Source: Minisyncoccota bacterium (lineage in GTDB: Bacteria > Patescibacteriota > Minisyncoccia > Phycocordibacterales > UBA918). From it: a stretch of 64,000 bases of DNA. Positions 28,727 through 37,849 of this stretch are shown one piece after another. Numbering within the stretch: the stretch's first letter is position 1; the number at the start of each line of letters is the position of its first letter. The stretch covers positions 192,002 through 256,001 of the forward strand of contig JAWKSP010000001.1 in assembly GCA_041389025.1 (NCBI GenBank), given 5' to 3'. The position numbers and the translations under genes are program-made. Under the pieces are notes generated by a model. The model ran no database searches. It saw only the letters and a list, made by a program, of their open reading frames with translations, and was not told the DNA's origin.

Positions 28727-29446
28727 TTATTGACAAGTTATTCTCCAATACTGGATATTTCCAGTATTTAAGGAAGTGGCGTATGACCAAGTACCACCTA
28801 AACTTGTACATTTATTAATCCCTTCTGAACAGTCGTAGCCATTTTGAGCGGCGCTACTTGATACACAATTATACGTTTCTTGTCGATACAAACCTTTTTT
28901 TGCTTCCACTAAACACGGTCCTTTGTCAGCATTGCTGGAGTTGCTACCGTACCAAGTTCCGTTTAGTCCGTCTGGATCTTCACACTCTGCCTGACCTTCT
29001 GTGTTGTTGTCTAGATATTCAACGTTGTCACCAACTTCTCTTGTAACATTGCCTGGTAAGGCGGCTTTGGTTGGAGCGGAATTAGTTGGGTTAGAAACAG
29101 GAGCGATAAACAAGCTGGTGCTGGTGATGTTGGGATTAATGGTGTTAAAGATTAATACCGCTGAAATGATCAGGAGTAAACCTAAAGTAGCTCCCCAGAT
29201 ATCACCCTTAGCGTCTTGTTTGCTGGTGACTACATCAGTCAACATCCATTTAACACCAGCAACAATGATTTTAATTACTGCTAACAAAGCAGCTACACTG
29301 ATGGATAGGGCGTAAAGAGCATTTATATAGGTATTTAAGTCAGTGTTCGGGTTACTAACGCCAGGTATACCAACCAGAGTAGCTTGTCCTAAAGCTGTTG
29401 CTGGTAGTAAGAATATGGCAAAAATTAATATGTGTTTATAGCTCAT
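28727..29446 (-). CDS. VirB2/TrbC-like pilin with 130-aa cysteine-rich C-terminal extension
   Basis: Signal peptide, then two hydrophobic helices (ALYALSISVAALLAVIKIIVAGVKWML; IWGATLGLLLIISAVLIF) in VirB2 topology; C-terminal domain has 8 Cys; last gene of the T4SS-like cluster. Confidence 0.45.
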   Translation of the reverse strand: MSYKHILIFAIFLLPATALGQATLVGIPGVSNPNTDLNTYINALYALSISVAALLAVIKIIVAGVKWMLTDVVTSKQDAKGDIWGATLGLLLIISAVLIFNTINPNITSTSLFIAPVSNPTNSAPTKAALPGNVTREVGDNVEYLDNNTEGQAECEDPDGLNGTWYGSNSSNADKGPCLVEAKKGLYRQETYNCVSSSAAQNGYDCSEGINKCTSLGGTWSYATSLNTGNIQYWRITCQ

Positions 29447-30617
29447 ACATCCAAAGTGTGTTATCTATTTTATTTATAAAGTAAACAGCGTACTCACTGT
29501 CTCCAAGGTAGAGGTCGACAATATCAAGTTCTCGACTGGTTTGTTTGAAAGTGTCTGCTAGTAGAGTAGTTTTTAATTCTGAAGCATCAATCAGCCAAAG
29601 TGAATCTTTAAAATTCATTCCACCTTTATACCACTCATCTGGGAAGTTAAAAGGCAGGGTGGTTAATGAATCTTCGGCACAGATAAGGCTGGTTGTGTTT
29701 GTGCCAAGGATACACTTTTCAGGTAAGAGCGTTATTGGTAATTCTGATTTTTCTAAAGTTTCTAAATTAAAAACAGAGGTATTGTTTTCTCGGTTATTGG
29801 TGGTACTGTAGATAATCATTTTGTCATTTGCTAAGGCTGAAAAGCCAAAACCGGAAGCTGGTAGTCTGTCTATTTTATTGTTCTTAACTTTATATAAATA
29901 TCCCTCCAAAAGATAAGACGGTTTTGGATAAACATAATGTGTGTCTTCAGCGCTATTTCCCCATTGTATGGTGGCTTCGTGAAAAGGTAAGGAAAATACT
30001 ATAGTATCTTTTTTGGTTGTTAGATTTAAATTGTGACCATTTAAACCGTTGGAGTCAGTGGTGGTGTAAAGTAGGTTTTGCCCATCTTGACTTAAGGTAA
30101 AACTATTGACTGCCAAACCAGGTTCTTCTAAAGCGGTTTCACCGGTTTCTTTATCGAGGGCGCCGATGGTTAAGTTGGTGTTCTTGGTGTTAGTGTGTTT
30201 ACTAAAAACTATCCAGTCACCATTCGGGTCTATTTCAGCATGGTTAGTTTCGGCGACAGTGGTGCCTGAAATTTTATTTTCTTCTCCCGTCTCTAGGTTG
30301 ATTGAAAAAACATGTCCTGTCCCCTTTTCAGCATAATATATAATTGGGATATTAGCCGCTCCAGAGTCGGGGTTGTTGATTTCTGTAAAACCAGCTACTG
30401 ATTTGGTGGTCAATTGGCGCAGGTTTGGTCCGGTTGTGTTTATGGTTGGTTCTTTGTTTTCTTCAGTATTATTTACCTCTTCTTCGCCGACGGTACCAAG
30501 TTTTACAAGCACATCCTGCACACTTTTTGGGGTACCAAAAAATAATAAATAAACCCAAACGGCAACAAGAATTAAGATTACAATTGCTCCGCTAATAATT
30601 AAAATTTGCTGTTTCAT
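29436..30617 (-). CDS. membrane-anchored hypothetical protein, beta-propeller-like repeats
   Basis: 393 aa; N-terminal TM; repeated G-x-hydrophobic-rich strand patterns; part of cluster. Confidence 0.35.
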   Translation of the reverse strand: MKQQILIISGAIVILILVAVWVYLLFFGTPKSVQDVLVKLGTVGEEEVNNTEENKEPTINTTGPNLRQLTTKSVAGFTEINNPDSGAANIPIIYYAEKGTGHVFSINLETGEENKISGTTVAETNHAEIDPNGDWIVFSKHTNTKNTNLTIGALDKETGETALEEPGLAVNSFTLSQDGQNLLYTTTDSNGLNGHNLNLTTKKDTIVFSLPFHEATIQWGNSAEDTHYVYPKPSYLLEGYLYKVKNNKIDRLPASGFGFSALANDKMIIYSTTNNRENNTSVFNLETLEKSELPITLLPEKCILGTNTTSLICAEDSLTTLPFNFPDEWYKGGMNFKDSLWLIDASELKTTLLADTFKQTSRELDIVDLYLGDSEYAVYFINKIDNTLWMYEL

Positions 30618-30625
30618 AAGCTACA

Positions 30626-31579
30626 CTAATAATTTACTTTAAATTCTGATTCAGCTCCTTGTAAAATAACATCCAAACTTCTAACTCGAAATTCAACTCT
30701 GGACGTACCGCTACCGCCTTGTCTAGCTAATGTTACTTCATAAGGATTTCCAGAGCTACTAGGGCTGCGTTGACCGTCTATTTCCCACTCGATTAAACTT
30801 GGTCGGTTGTAAGTGTTTATATCTAAGTAGTAAGGTTCGGCCTTTATGTTGGTGGTGTCGCCAATTAAATTTAAAGAATTTTTTATCTGGTTGTATTTTA
30901 TACCTAAAAGAGGATTAACTTCATAAAATCTAATTTCTGGTTCCACTGAAGCCAGTTCTAAACTACGAGAAGCTACTTGGTTTCCGTTCAGGTCGTTTAT
31001 GGTTATGGTGACTATGTTGAATCCACCAAATGGTACCTTGAGTGATATTTCATTTTTACCTCTAATTGGACCACCTTCAATGTTTACGTTGTTTAATGAC
31101 CAGTTATAAATATAGTTATTGCTACTTTGTCCATTTACTAAAGCGACCAAGTTTATAGTACTGTCTACTGTAGGTAGGGCTCTACCTAAATAAAAGGCCG
31201 GTACTCTAGTTTGCGGTTCAATGATAACATCTAAATAAACCGGTCTAATAATTTTTCTGTCAGTAAAGGTCTTCCCTCCAACTGTTTCCACTACAGCTTC
31301 TAAGGTGATGTTTTTTCCAGCTTCTTTGGTATTTACTTCAATCGTGCGTTTGTTACTCAACTCTACCTTTGTCTCACCATCAATTTTCCAGAAAATATTA
31401 GTAGTTTGTTCAGAGATGGAATAGTCGTCAATTGAAGCCTTGATTAAACTATAAGGACTGATGTAGTCAGATTCTACGTCAATACTCAAACCGGATCCGG
31501 CTAGATTAGGGCTGATTTGTGCATAACTAAAACCAAATGGTGACAGTAAAATAATGGCAACTATTAATAATTGTTTCAT
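30626..31579 (-). CDS. secreted hypothetical protein (beta-rich, Ig-like repeats)
   Basis: 317 aa; signal peptide MKQLLIVAIILLSPFGFSYAQ. Confidence 0.35.
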   Translation of the reverse strand: MKQLLIVAIILLSPFGFSYAQISPNLAGSGLSIDVESDYISPYSLIKASIDDYSISEQTTNIFWKIDGETKVELSNKRTIEVNTKEAGKNITLEAVVETVGGKTFTDRKIIRPVYLDVIIEPQTRVPAFYLGRALPTVDSTINLVALVNGQSSNNYIYNWSLNNVNIEGGPIRGKNEISLKVPFGGFNIVTITINDLNGNQVASRSLELASVEPEIRFYEVNPLLGIKYNQIKNSLNLIGDTTNIKAEPYYLDINTYNRPSLIEWEIDGQRSPSSSGNPYEVTLARQGGSGTSRVEFRVRSLDVILQGAESEFKVNY

Positions 31580-31628
31580 ATTAGCTTAATAATAACAGAC
31601 TAAAACCTAAAAAAATGATAATTGATCC

Positions 31629-32450
31629 CTATCTTGGGTATTTCGCTACTACAGTAGTCCAGACTAAAAGCCAAGGAGCTAAATTGAATAGTGGTATGGA
31701 ATAGCCAATAATAGCTAGTAAAAAAGCCCCGTATTTAGCTCCAGCGTGACTACCACCTAGAGATTCAATGTTGTTTTTTTTGTAAAAAACAAATAAACTA
31801 AACATAATAATCATATTTATACCCAGTAACAAAAGATGTGGTATAAAAAAAATACTAAGTGACACATCTTCTAGACTAAAGCCGATTAAGTTGGTGGTAA
31901 AGTCATAAATTCCACCGAAGACAAATCTGACAGTATTAAAAATAAAGTTTCCGTTACTGGAAATGGTGTCAGCTATAGCGGTCGCGGCACCGGATAAAGC
32001 AAAACCAACTAAACTAAATATCCCTAAAGGAAGTTGAACGGTTGGCCAGTAACCAATATACAAAGAACTGGTCCAGCGCCCAATAATTTTAGCTTGTTTC
32101 TTCTTTATCTTAGTAGTAACAGATAGGTTGGTTGATGAGTTTCGGTGAGGAGTTTTTATTAAATTTGCTACCGGTATTTGTCCTTCGGCTCTGGTCTTGA
32201 AATTTTGTACTACCCTACCTTGGTTGTCGGTGGTGACATCGGTTGTTTTAGGTTTAGTTACTTTTACTTTATTTACGCCAGAATGTTTGTATTGTAAATT
32301 GAACTTTTGGTCAACTGTGGGGTTGTTTGGTACGTCATTTTCTTTTAAATATTGCCAGTCATCATTTAAACGGTCACCACCAGTTCGTTTGGCGGTCTGG
32401 TTTTTGGATTTATTAGATTGAAAATCCGCGGTATTTTCGGCAGTGGCCAT
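31629..32450 (-). CDS. hypothetical membrane protein (basic hydrophilic N-half, 4 C-terminal TM)
   Basis: 273 aa; in cluster directly downstream of the VirB4-like gene. Confidence 0.35.
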   Translation of the reverse strand: MATAENTADFQSNKSKNQTAKRTGGDRLNDDWQYLKENDVPNNPTVDQKFNLQYKHSGVNKVKVTKPKTTDVTTDNQGRVVQNFKTRAEGQIPVANLIKTPHRNSSTNLSVTTKIKKKQAKIIGRWTSSLYIGYWPTVQLPLGIFSLVGFALSGAATAIADTISSNGNFIFNTVRFVFGGIYDFTTNLIGFSLEDVSLSIFFIPHLLLLGINMIIMFSLFVFYKKNNIESLGGSHAGAKYGAFLLAIIGYSIPLFNLAPWLLVWTTVVAKYPR

Positions 32451-32472
32451 ATGTAATTAAGTATACTACATG

Positions 32473-34266
32473 TTAGCTACGGGAAGCCTGAAGTTCTTCT
32501 CTCGCTTTTTTGATCTGTAGTAATTGAGAGGGATCAGAAGTGATGATCTGATCTTCTGTATAAGAAGCAATAACTTTTACAGCTACATGTTTGAGTCCGG
32601 CAAAAAATATTCCTTCTCCTACATTTGATTCCAAAAGCAAAAACTTCTCTTCATCGGTCAGGTTAAAGGTTTTTTGAATGTTATCGATAGCGGTTGGTGA
32701 TTGTTTCATCAGAAATTGTATAGATGAGTTGGTGATCATTGGAACTCCGTAGGGTGAGCGCAAAAAATCGTCCACGTCTTGAGTGATGGTGGCGATACCA
32801 AGATAATACTTTCGACCACGCTTAGCTAGACTAAATAAGAAAGAAGCAGTGTCTTCTGATTTCATCATCCACCAAGCTTCGTCAATGACTAGTAGTCGTT
32901 TAGCTAGTCGGCGACGCACAGAGCCCCAGATAAAATTGGTAATTATATACATAGCTACCGTTTTTAGTTCATCTTCCATGTCTCGTAAAGAGAAAACTAC
33001 AAACTTTTGGTTGATATCAACGTTGGTTGGTTTATTCATAAAACCAGACCAGGTGCCGGACGTATATTTTTGTAATCTAGATATAAGCGAACTACTGCCG
33101 TCCATACCAGCCAGCACCATTTCAAAGTCTGATAAAAGTGGTGGTTCTAGACTGGAAAAGTCAGTGTCTCCAGTGATGTCTTTTAAGGCGTAAGTTTCTT
33201 GAACGGCTAAATCAAGGATAGTTTCTTCTTCTGGGGTCAGGCCGCCAAGCATTAATCTAAAGAGACCAATTAATTCAATAATATGGCTACGTAAAACATC
33301 TCTGGGGTTTTCATCTTGTTGGGGCGGTGGTAAATCAAAAGGATTTATGTGGTGATCTGAAGATAAAGAAATATTAAAAAAGCGCCCGCCGGTGGCTTCG
33401 GCTAGGTATTCATATTCTCGTTCTGGATCGAGAACAATAACTTCTGCTCCAAACATTAAAGAACGAAGAATCTCCAGTTTTAGACTGTAGGATTTACCAG
33501 CACCAGAGGTGGCAAAGGTTACTGAGTTGTAGTTTGTTAAAGAAAAGCGGTCAAATAATACCAAGGATGAATTGTGGCGATTTACTCCATATAAAATTCC
33601 GGTGTCTGAAGTTAGGTCAAATGAAGTAAAAGGAAAGAAGCTTGATAAAGGTGAAGAATTAAACTTGCTGTGTACCAGTAGTTTGTCGGTGGCTGAGGGT
33701 ATGACACTCTGCATACCTTGTTCCTGTTGAAATAGTGCTGGTTTTATATAGACTAATCTAGCATCCAACATACCTTTAATATCATTTTCCGCTTTATTTA
33801 ATATCGCTTCACTCTCACCGTAAATAGTTATATAAAATCCAACATTAAATAATTTTTCCTCAGCTTGTTGTAATTTGTCACGTAATTCTTCTAGATTGCG
33901 GTAAGCTGCTTCAAGTTGCGGGTCGCGTACTTCCCCCTTTTCTGCCTTAATGTTTATTTGGCTTTGTACTTCAGCTACTTTTTTTTGAAATTTCTTTAAA
34001 GTGTCGGCGGTGTCTATGGGGTGGATGTAGATGGAAATATCTAACTCCCTTTCAACATTTAAGATTGGTTCTAACCAACTGGAGTTAAGATAGTGTGGAT
34101 AGGATACCGCATACAATACTCTAGCGTACTGCCCACTTAAATTTAGGTTTCTTGGAGTGAAATTAATTGCTGATGGTGCTACCACATCAATTAATGTCAT
34201 TAGTTCATCACTAATATCAAATTCATCCTTATTAGGTTTTTGTGTAAATTTATCAAAAAAGTTCAT
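32473..34266 (-). CDS. VirB4/TrbE/TraC-family type IV secretion ATPase (C-terminal ATPase portion)
   Basis: 597 aa; Walker A ATSGAGKSYSL; Walker B region RLLVIDEAWWMM; C-terminal ...LGIATITQDVDDF typical of VirB4. Confidence 0.7.
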   Translation of the reverse strand: MNFFDKFTQKPNKDEFDISDELMTLIDVVAPSAINFTPRNLNLSGQYARVLYAVSYPHYLNSSWLEPILNVERELDISIYIHPIDTADTLKKFQKKVAEVQSQINIKAEKGEVRDPQLEAAYRNLEELRDKLQQAEEKLFNVGFYITIYGESEAILNKAENDIKGMLDARLVYIKPALFQQEQGMQSVIPSATDKLLVHSKFNSSPLSSFFPFTSFDLTSDTGILYGVNRHNSSLVLFDRFSLTNYNSVTFATSGAGKSYSLKLEILRSLMFGAEVIVLDPEREYEYLAEATGGRFFNISLSSDHHINPFDLPPPQQDENPRDVLRSHIIELIGLFRLMLGGLTPEEETILDLAVQETYALKDITGDTDFSSLEPPLLSDFEMVLAGMDGSSSLISRLQKYTSGTWSGFMNKPTNVDINQKFVVFSLRDMEDELKTVAMYIITNFIWGSVRRRLAKRLLVIDEAWWMMKSEDTASFLFSLAKRGRKYYLGIATITQDVDDFLRSPYGVPMITNSSIQFLMKQSPTAIDNIQKTFNLTDEEKFLLLESNVGEGIFFAGLKHVAVKVIASYTEDQIITSDPSQLLQIKKAREELQASRS

Positions 34267-34271
34267 ATTTT

Positions 34272-34913
34272 TTAAGTTTGTCTTTCGGCCACAGGAGCAT
34301 TGCCGGTAGTGTCAGCTGGGTTGTAGACATGGTAAAACAACTCCACTAAATCATCGTTATTTAAAGGAATGGTTCTTACTCCCACTCGCGCCAAGCCTTG
34401 TTGAATAATAGATACTCTTTGTTCTAGTTGAGTTCTTTGTTCTTCAAATCGCATATCGGTTGGTAGTTTGGTGGTGTTTTGACTTCCAAATAATGAACTT
34501 ATTCCCTTGGTAATATTCACCGGAGTTGGTGAATATGGAACCACTACAAAAAAATTTTTACTCATTATATCAACTTCATTGGTGAAGGTTCTAATAAATT
34601 CTATGTATTCACGAAGTTGAATCCGCATCAGGTCGTTATCTTGCATGGTTTCACGGGACCTTAAGAGTTCCAAGTATGGTTCTATATTTAAACGTCTGGA
34701 CTGAATGTATATCTGGATTGAGAAATCTAGGGTGTTTAAAAATGTTTGAAATTGTTGCAAAATCGCCTGTTGTTCATCGGTGGACTTCAAGGCAAAGTTA
34801 ACTGAAGAAGCTAGTAGGACGGTGCACATTTGACCAGACTTCAAAATAGCAACACCGTCTTTTATATCACGGATGGCTACAAAGTCTTGGGTGGTGGCGG
34901 ATGTTTTTGGCAT
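34272..34913 (-). CDS. VirB4 N-terminal-domain-like protein (separate ORF, 5 nt upstream of ATPase ORF, different frame)
   Basis: 213 aa; DFVAIRDIKDGVAILKSGQMCTVLLASSVNFALKSTDEQQAILQQFQTFLNTLDFSIQIYIQSRR resembles the VirB4/TraC N-domain pattern. Confidence 0.4.
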   Translation of the reverse strand: MPKTSATTQDFVAIRDIKDGVAILKSGQMCTVLLASSVNFALKSTDEQQAILQQFQTFLNTLDFSIQIYIQSRRLNIEPYLELLRSRETMQDNDLMRIQLREYIEFIRTFTNEVDIMSKNFFVVVPYSPTPVNITKGISSLFGSQNTTKLPTDMRFEEQRTQLEQRVSIIQQGLARVGVRTIPLNNDDLVELFYHVYNPADTTGNAPVAERQT

Positions 34914-34914
34914 A

Positions 34915-35334
34915 TTATTCTTTCTTTTGTAAGGCTTCTAATTCTAATCGTCTAGCTAAAGAGTTTATGTCTTTCCCTCTCATTTTAGTGTTTGGTGTTT
35001 GAGGCTTGCTTTTATTTATAGAATTTGGGGTAAACAAATTTTTGTGAACAATGTCTTTTTTTTGTCGCCATAAATATAACTTATTACTTCCAAGATAGTT
35101 AAAGACAGCTTCTAGAAAAAAAGAAAAAGGTCGATTGTTTACCGGATAAAAAGCTAAAGCCCCAGCGAGTATCATGAGAGGTAAACCAATAATAATAAAA
35201 ACTATTGTTGGTGCAACAAAAAACAAAACTACACCCATTCCAATACCTCCACCAAGATAGAGAAATTGCCGCCAAGTCAAAGGACCGAAAATCTTATCTT
35301 CTATCTCGATAAACTGTGGTACCTCAAAACGCAT
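34915..35334 (-). CDS. VirB3/PrgI/TcpE-like small two-TM protein
   Basis: 139 aa; KIFGPLTWRQFLYLGGGIGMGVVLFF then second TM; immediately upstream of the VirB4-like ORFs. Confidence 0.45.
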   Translation of the reverse strand: MRFEVPQFIEIEDKIFGPLTWRQFLYLGGGIGMGVVLFFVAPTIVFIIIGLPLMILAGALAFYPVNNRPFSFFLEAVFNYLGSNKLYLWRQKKDIVHKNLFTPNSINKSKPQTPNTKMRGKDINSLARRLELEALQKKE

Positions 35335-35434
35335 AACTTATAGATATACAAATTATATTATACACGTAACACCGGACCAATAGTCGTTTTTATGTGTACT
35401 AATTTTATAAATTTCCAAGCTATCAAAATTATTT

Positions 35435-35797
35435 TTATGGTTGAGGGGTGTTGGTGGTGTTAAATGGTTTGCCGGCTCCTTGGTCGAAATCAGTTTTGGT
35501 GTTGTCAGGGTTTTTGGTTAGAGATTTTACAAAATTTAATATTTTTACTGATAATACTTGGGTGGTTTTGTTATCTATGGCGAGCTTGGTTAGTTTGTCA
35601 GGTAAGTCAATGTCTGATATTAAATTAAGTAGATTATTAGAAGTAATTACTATTAATTTACTTTTCAACCCACTGTAAGGTGTGTCTTTAAGGATATTTT
35701 CTACAAATATACCTATTTCGTCAGAGTCTATTATATCCTTTATATTTTTATCAGATTCTTTATAGGATTTTAAAAAGTTGTCAAATTCAGTACTCAT
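35435..35797 (-). CDS. hypothetical cytoplasmic protein
   Basis: 120 aa, no TM, no motif; inside cluster. Confidence 0.3.
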   Translation of the reverse strand: MSTEFDNFLKSYKESDKNIKDIIDSDEIGIFVENILKDTPYSGLKSKLIVITSNNLLNLISDIDLPDKLTKLAIDNKTTQVLSVKILNFVKSLTKNPDNTKTDFDQGAGKPFNTTNTPQP

Positions 35798-35821
35798 AAT
35801 TTTGGTGTAAAATAATTTATT

Positions 35822-37849
35822 TTAAGAAAAGAATTGAGCTGCGTAGTTGGAATTTCCGTTTGCCCATTTAACCCATGGATTGTTTTTTCCTAAGGCAGTT
35901 TCTTCAGGAATGTCTGTAGAACTTATTCCTAGGTTGGTAGATAGAGCTACTCTTACATCTGATTTATCCTTGCTTGACATACCGTTCTTTATTCTTTCCT
36001 CTAGCATGGCTGGGGTTATGTGGTCATACATATTAGATTGCTTGAAAATATCAATAGGCATTTTCCCTATATCTCTTACGTTTCTTGTAAACATAGAAGG
36101 TTTTTGATCTACACTACTAGCATTTGGATGTGCGTAAACAAGTGCTCCACTGGAGTCTTTTCCTGCCCCTAATACATTACCGTGCGTAGATATATTCGTG
36201 AAGGCGTTGTTTCTGGTATTTTTAATATCTTGTATTTGTTGCGATGAGAATTTACCGGTTTTTTCTAGGTTAGTGATATCATCATCTGACAAATGTACTG
36301 CTACATTTTGAGTGTTTAATTTGTCAAAACCTAACCTTTCTTTTTCTATACCAGTCATTTGCTTTATTGTCTTTCCAAGTTCTTCAAGCGCATCTGATAG
36401 AGATGAGGAGCTCTTAGTGTGGTCAGTAAGGATTTTATTATTCTCTTCAAATTTATCTTTTCGTTCCTGCTCACCTCTTGTTTGGTTTGCTCTGGCTTGA
36501 GTAGATTGCTTGTATTCTCTTTCTCTCTGGTTTGTTGTTCCTGTGCCTAGTTCGGCATTTTTTTGCTTCTCTGCTCCACCTCTGATAGTTTTATCAACCC
36601 AGTTCCATCTAGATGCTGTTCCAAGTACACCACTTCTTGTCTGTAGTTCGTTTAATTTTCTTTCACTATGTGCTCCAGAAGCATTTACTGCTGTACGTAT
36701 TCCTGCTCTGGCTGGATAGGTTATACCAAATACTATATTACCCGCCCCTCTTTGAGTGGCTCTTCTAGCTCGTCCGGCTAAGTTGCGACCGACATTTATT
36801 ACACCAGAAGCACCGTCTGCCCCCATTCTGTTAGCTACTACTACAGCTGCGACCAAAAAGACACAGGTTACTAAAAACATAGCAATAACGTTGGCGATTT
36901 CGTTTGAGGTAGCGTTTCCTTTGGCATAAATTTCCGCCATACTTATATTGCTGGCATTTTGGAAGTTGGTCAGTATATAGAAAGCGAGATAAAGCATTAA
37001 AAGGTAGGCTGGAGCAAAGAAGGCTCTACCTAAAAATCCTTTCCAATAATCCCTAGAGTAATTGGCCATACTTGGAAATACCCAACCCAAAAACATGATT
37101 GGGGACAATATCATGTAGATGTTTAAAACCACAAATCTAATAATTAAAAGAAAGGCGCCGGCAAAGAAAACAAAAGCCATTACTACAAAAGTTATCATGG
37201 TGCCAAAAACGTAAGTAAAACCACTACCGACTTGGTTGGTGGTAAAGTTCGATAAAGTTTTATCGTCCCAGATACTGGATAGACCAAGTACGTTGGCAAA
37301 ACCATCGGATACTTCATAAGTTCCTGTTGGGTTGGAATGGTCAAAGGCTTGGGCTACTTGAGTGGCGGCGACGTTTGAGAAATCAACGATAAATTTGGTA
37401 AAGAAAAGGCTGAAGTTCACCAATAAAGCCGCCATTATAATGTAGGCCAACATTCTTCTGGCATCAGTGTCACCGGCGTTTAAAATCATTTTAAAGCCAA
37501 TGTAGACTAAACCAAAAATGAAGGTTAAATTAAAAATGTCTCTTACCACTTCCCATAGTCTATCTACCGCAAAACCTAAGCCGGAGTTGTTGTATAGGTC
37601 AGCAAAACCAACTACAAAAGTGGTAACAGCTAAGTTTAGTAGTGTGCCGGCCACCCAAACCAAAAAACCAAAAACTGCGTTAACAAACAACCATAAAACT
37701 TTCTCTAAACCACTGGATATGCTACTTAGTACTCCACCATCATTAACATCTGAGGCAAAAATTAAAGATGGTAAAAATAGTGTCACCAAAGCCAAGGCGC
37801 TAAATAGGATTTTCTTTCTGTTAAGGGTTAATTTATTCATATTTATCAC
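35822..37849 (-). CDS. VirB6/TrbL-like polytopic membrane protein with about 330-aa hydrophilic C-terminal extension
   Basis: 675 aa; signal/TM then at least 6 TM helices in TrbL-like arrangement; Arg/Gln/Glu-rich C-terminal tail. Confidence 0.5.
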   Translation of the reverse strand: MINMNKLTLNRKKILFSALALVTLFLPSLIFASDVNDGGVLSSISSGLEKVLWLFVNAVFGFLVWVAGTLLNLAVTTFVVGFADLYNNSGLGFAVDRLWEVVRDIFNLTFIFGLVYIGFKMILNAGDTDARRMLAYIIMAALLVNFSLFFTKFIVDFSNVAATQVAQAFDHSNPTGTYEVSDGFANVLGLSSIWDDKTLSNFTTNQVGSGFTYVFGTMITFVVMAFVFFAGAFLLIIRFVVLNIYMILSPIMFLGWVFPSMANYSRDYWKGFLGRAFFAPAYLLMLYLAFYILTNFQNASNISMAEIYAKGNATSNEIANVIAMFLVTCVFLVAAVVVANRMGADGASGVINVGRNLAGRARRATQRGAGNIVFGITYPARAGIRTAVNASGAHSERKLNELQTRSGVLGTASRWNWVDKTIRGGAEKQKNAELGTGTTNQREREYKQSTQARANQTRGEQERKDKFEENNKILTDHTKSSSSLSDALEELGKTIKQMTGIEKERLGFDKLNTQNVAVHLSDDDITNLEKTGKFSSQQIQDIKNTRNNAFTNISTHGNVLGAGKDSSGALVYAHPNASSVDQKPSMFTRNVRDIGKMPIDIFKQSNMYDHITPAMLEERIKNGMSSKDKSDVRVALSTNLGISSTDIPEETALGKNNPWVKWANGNSNYAAQFFS

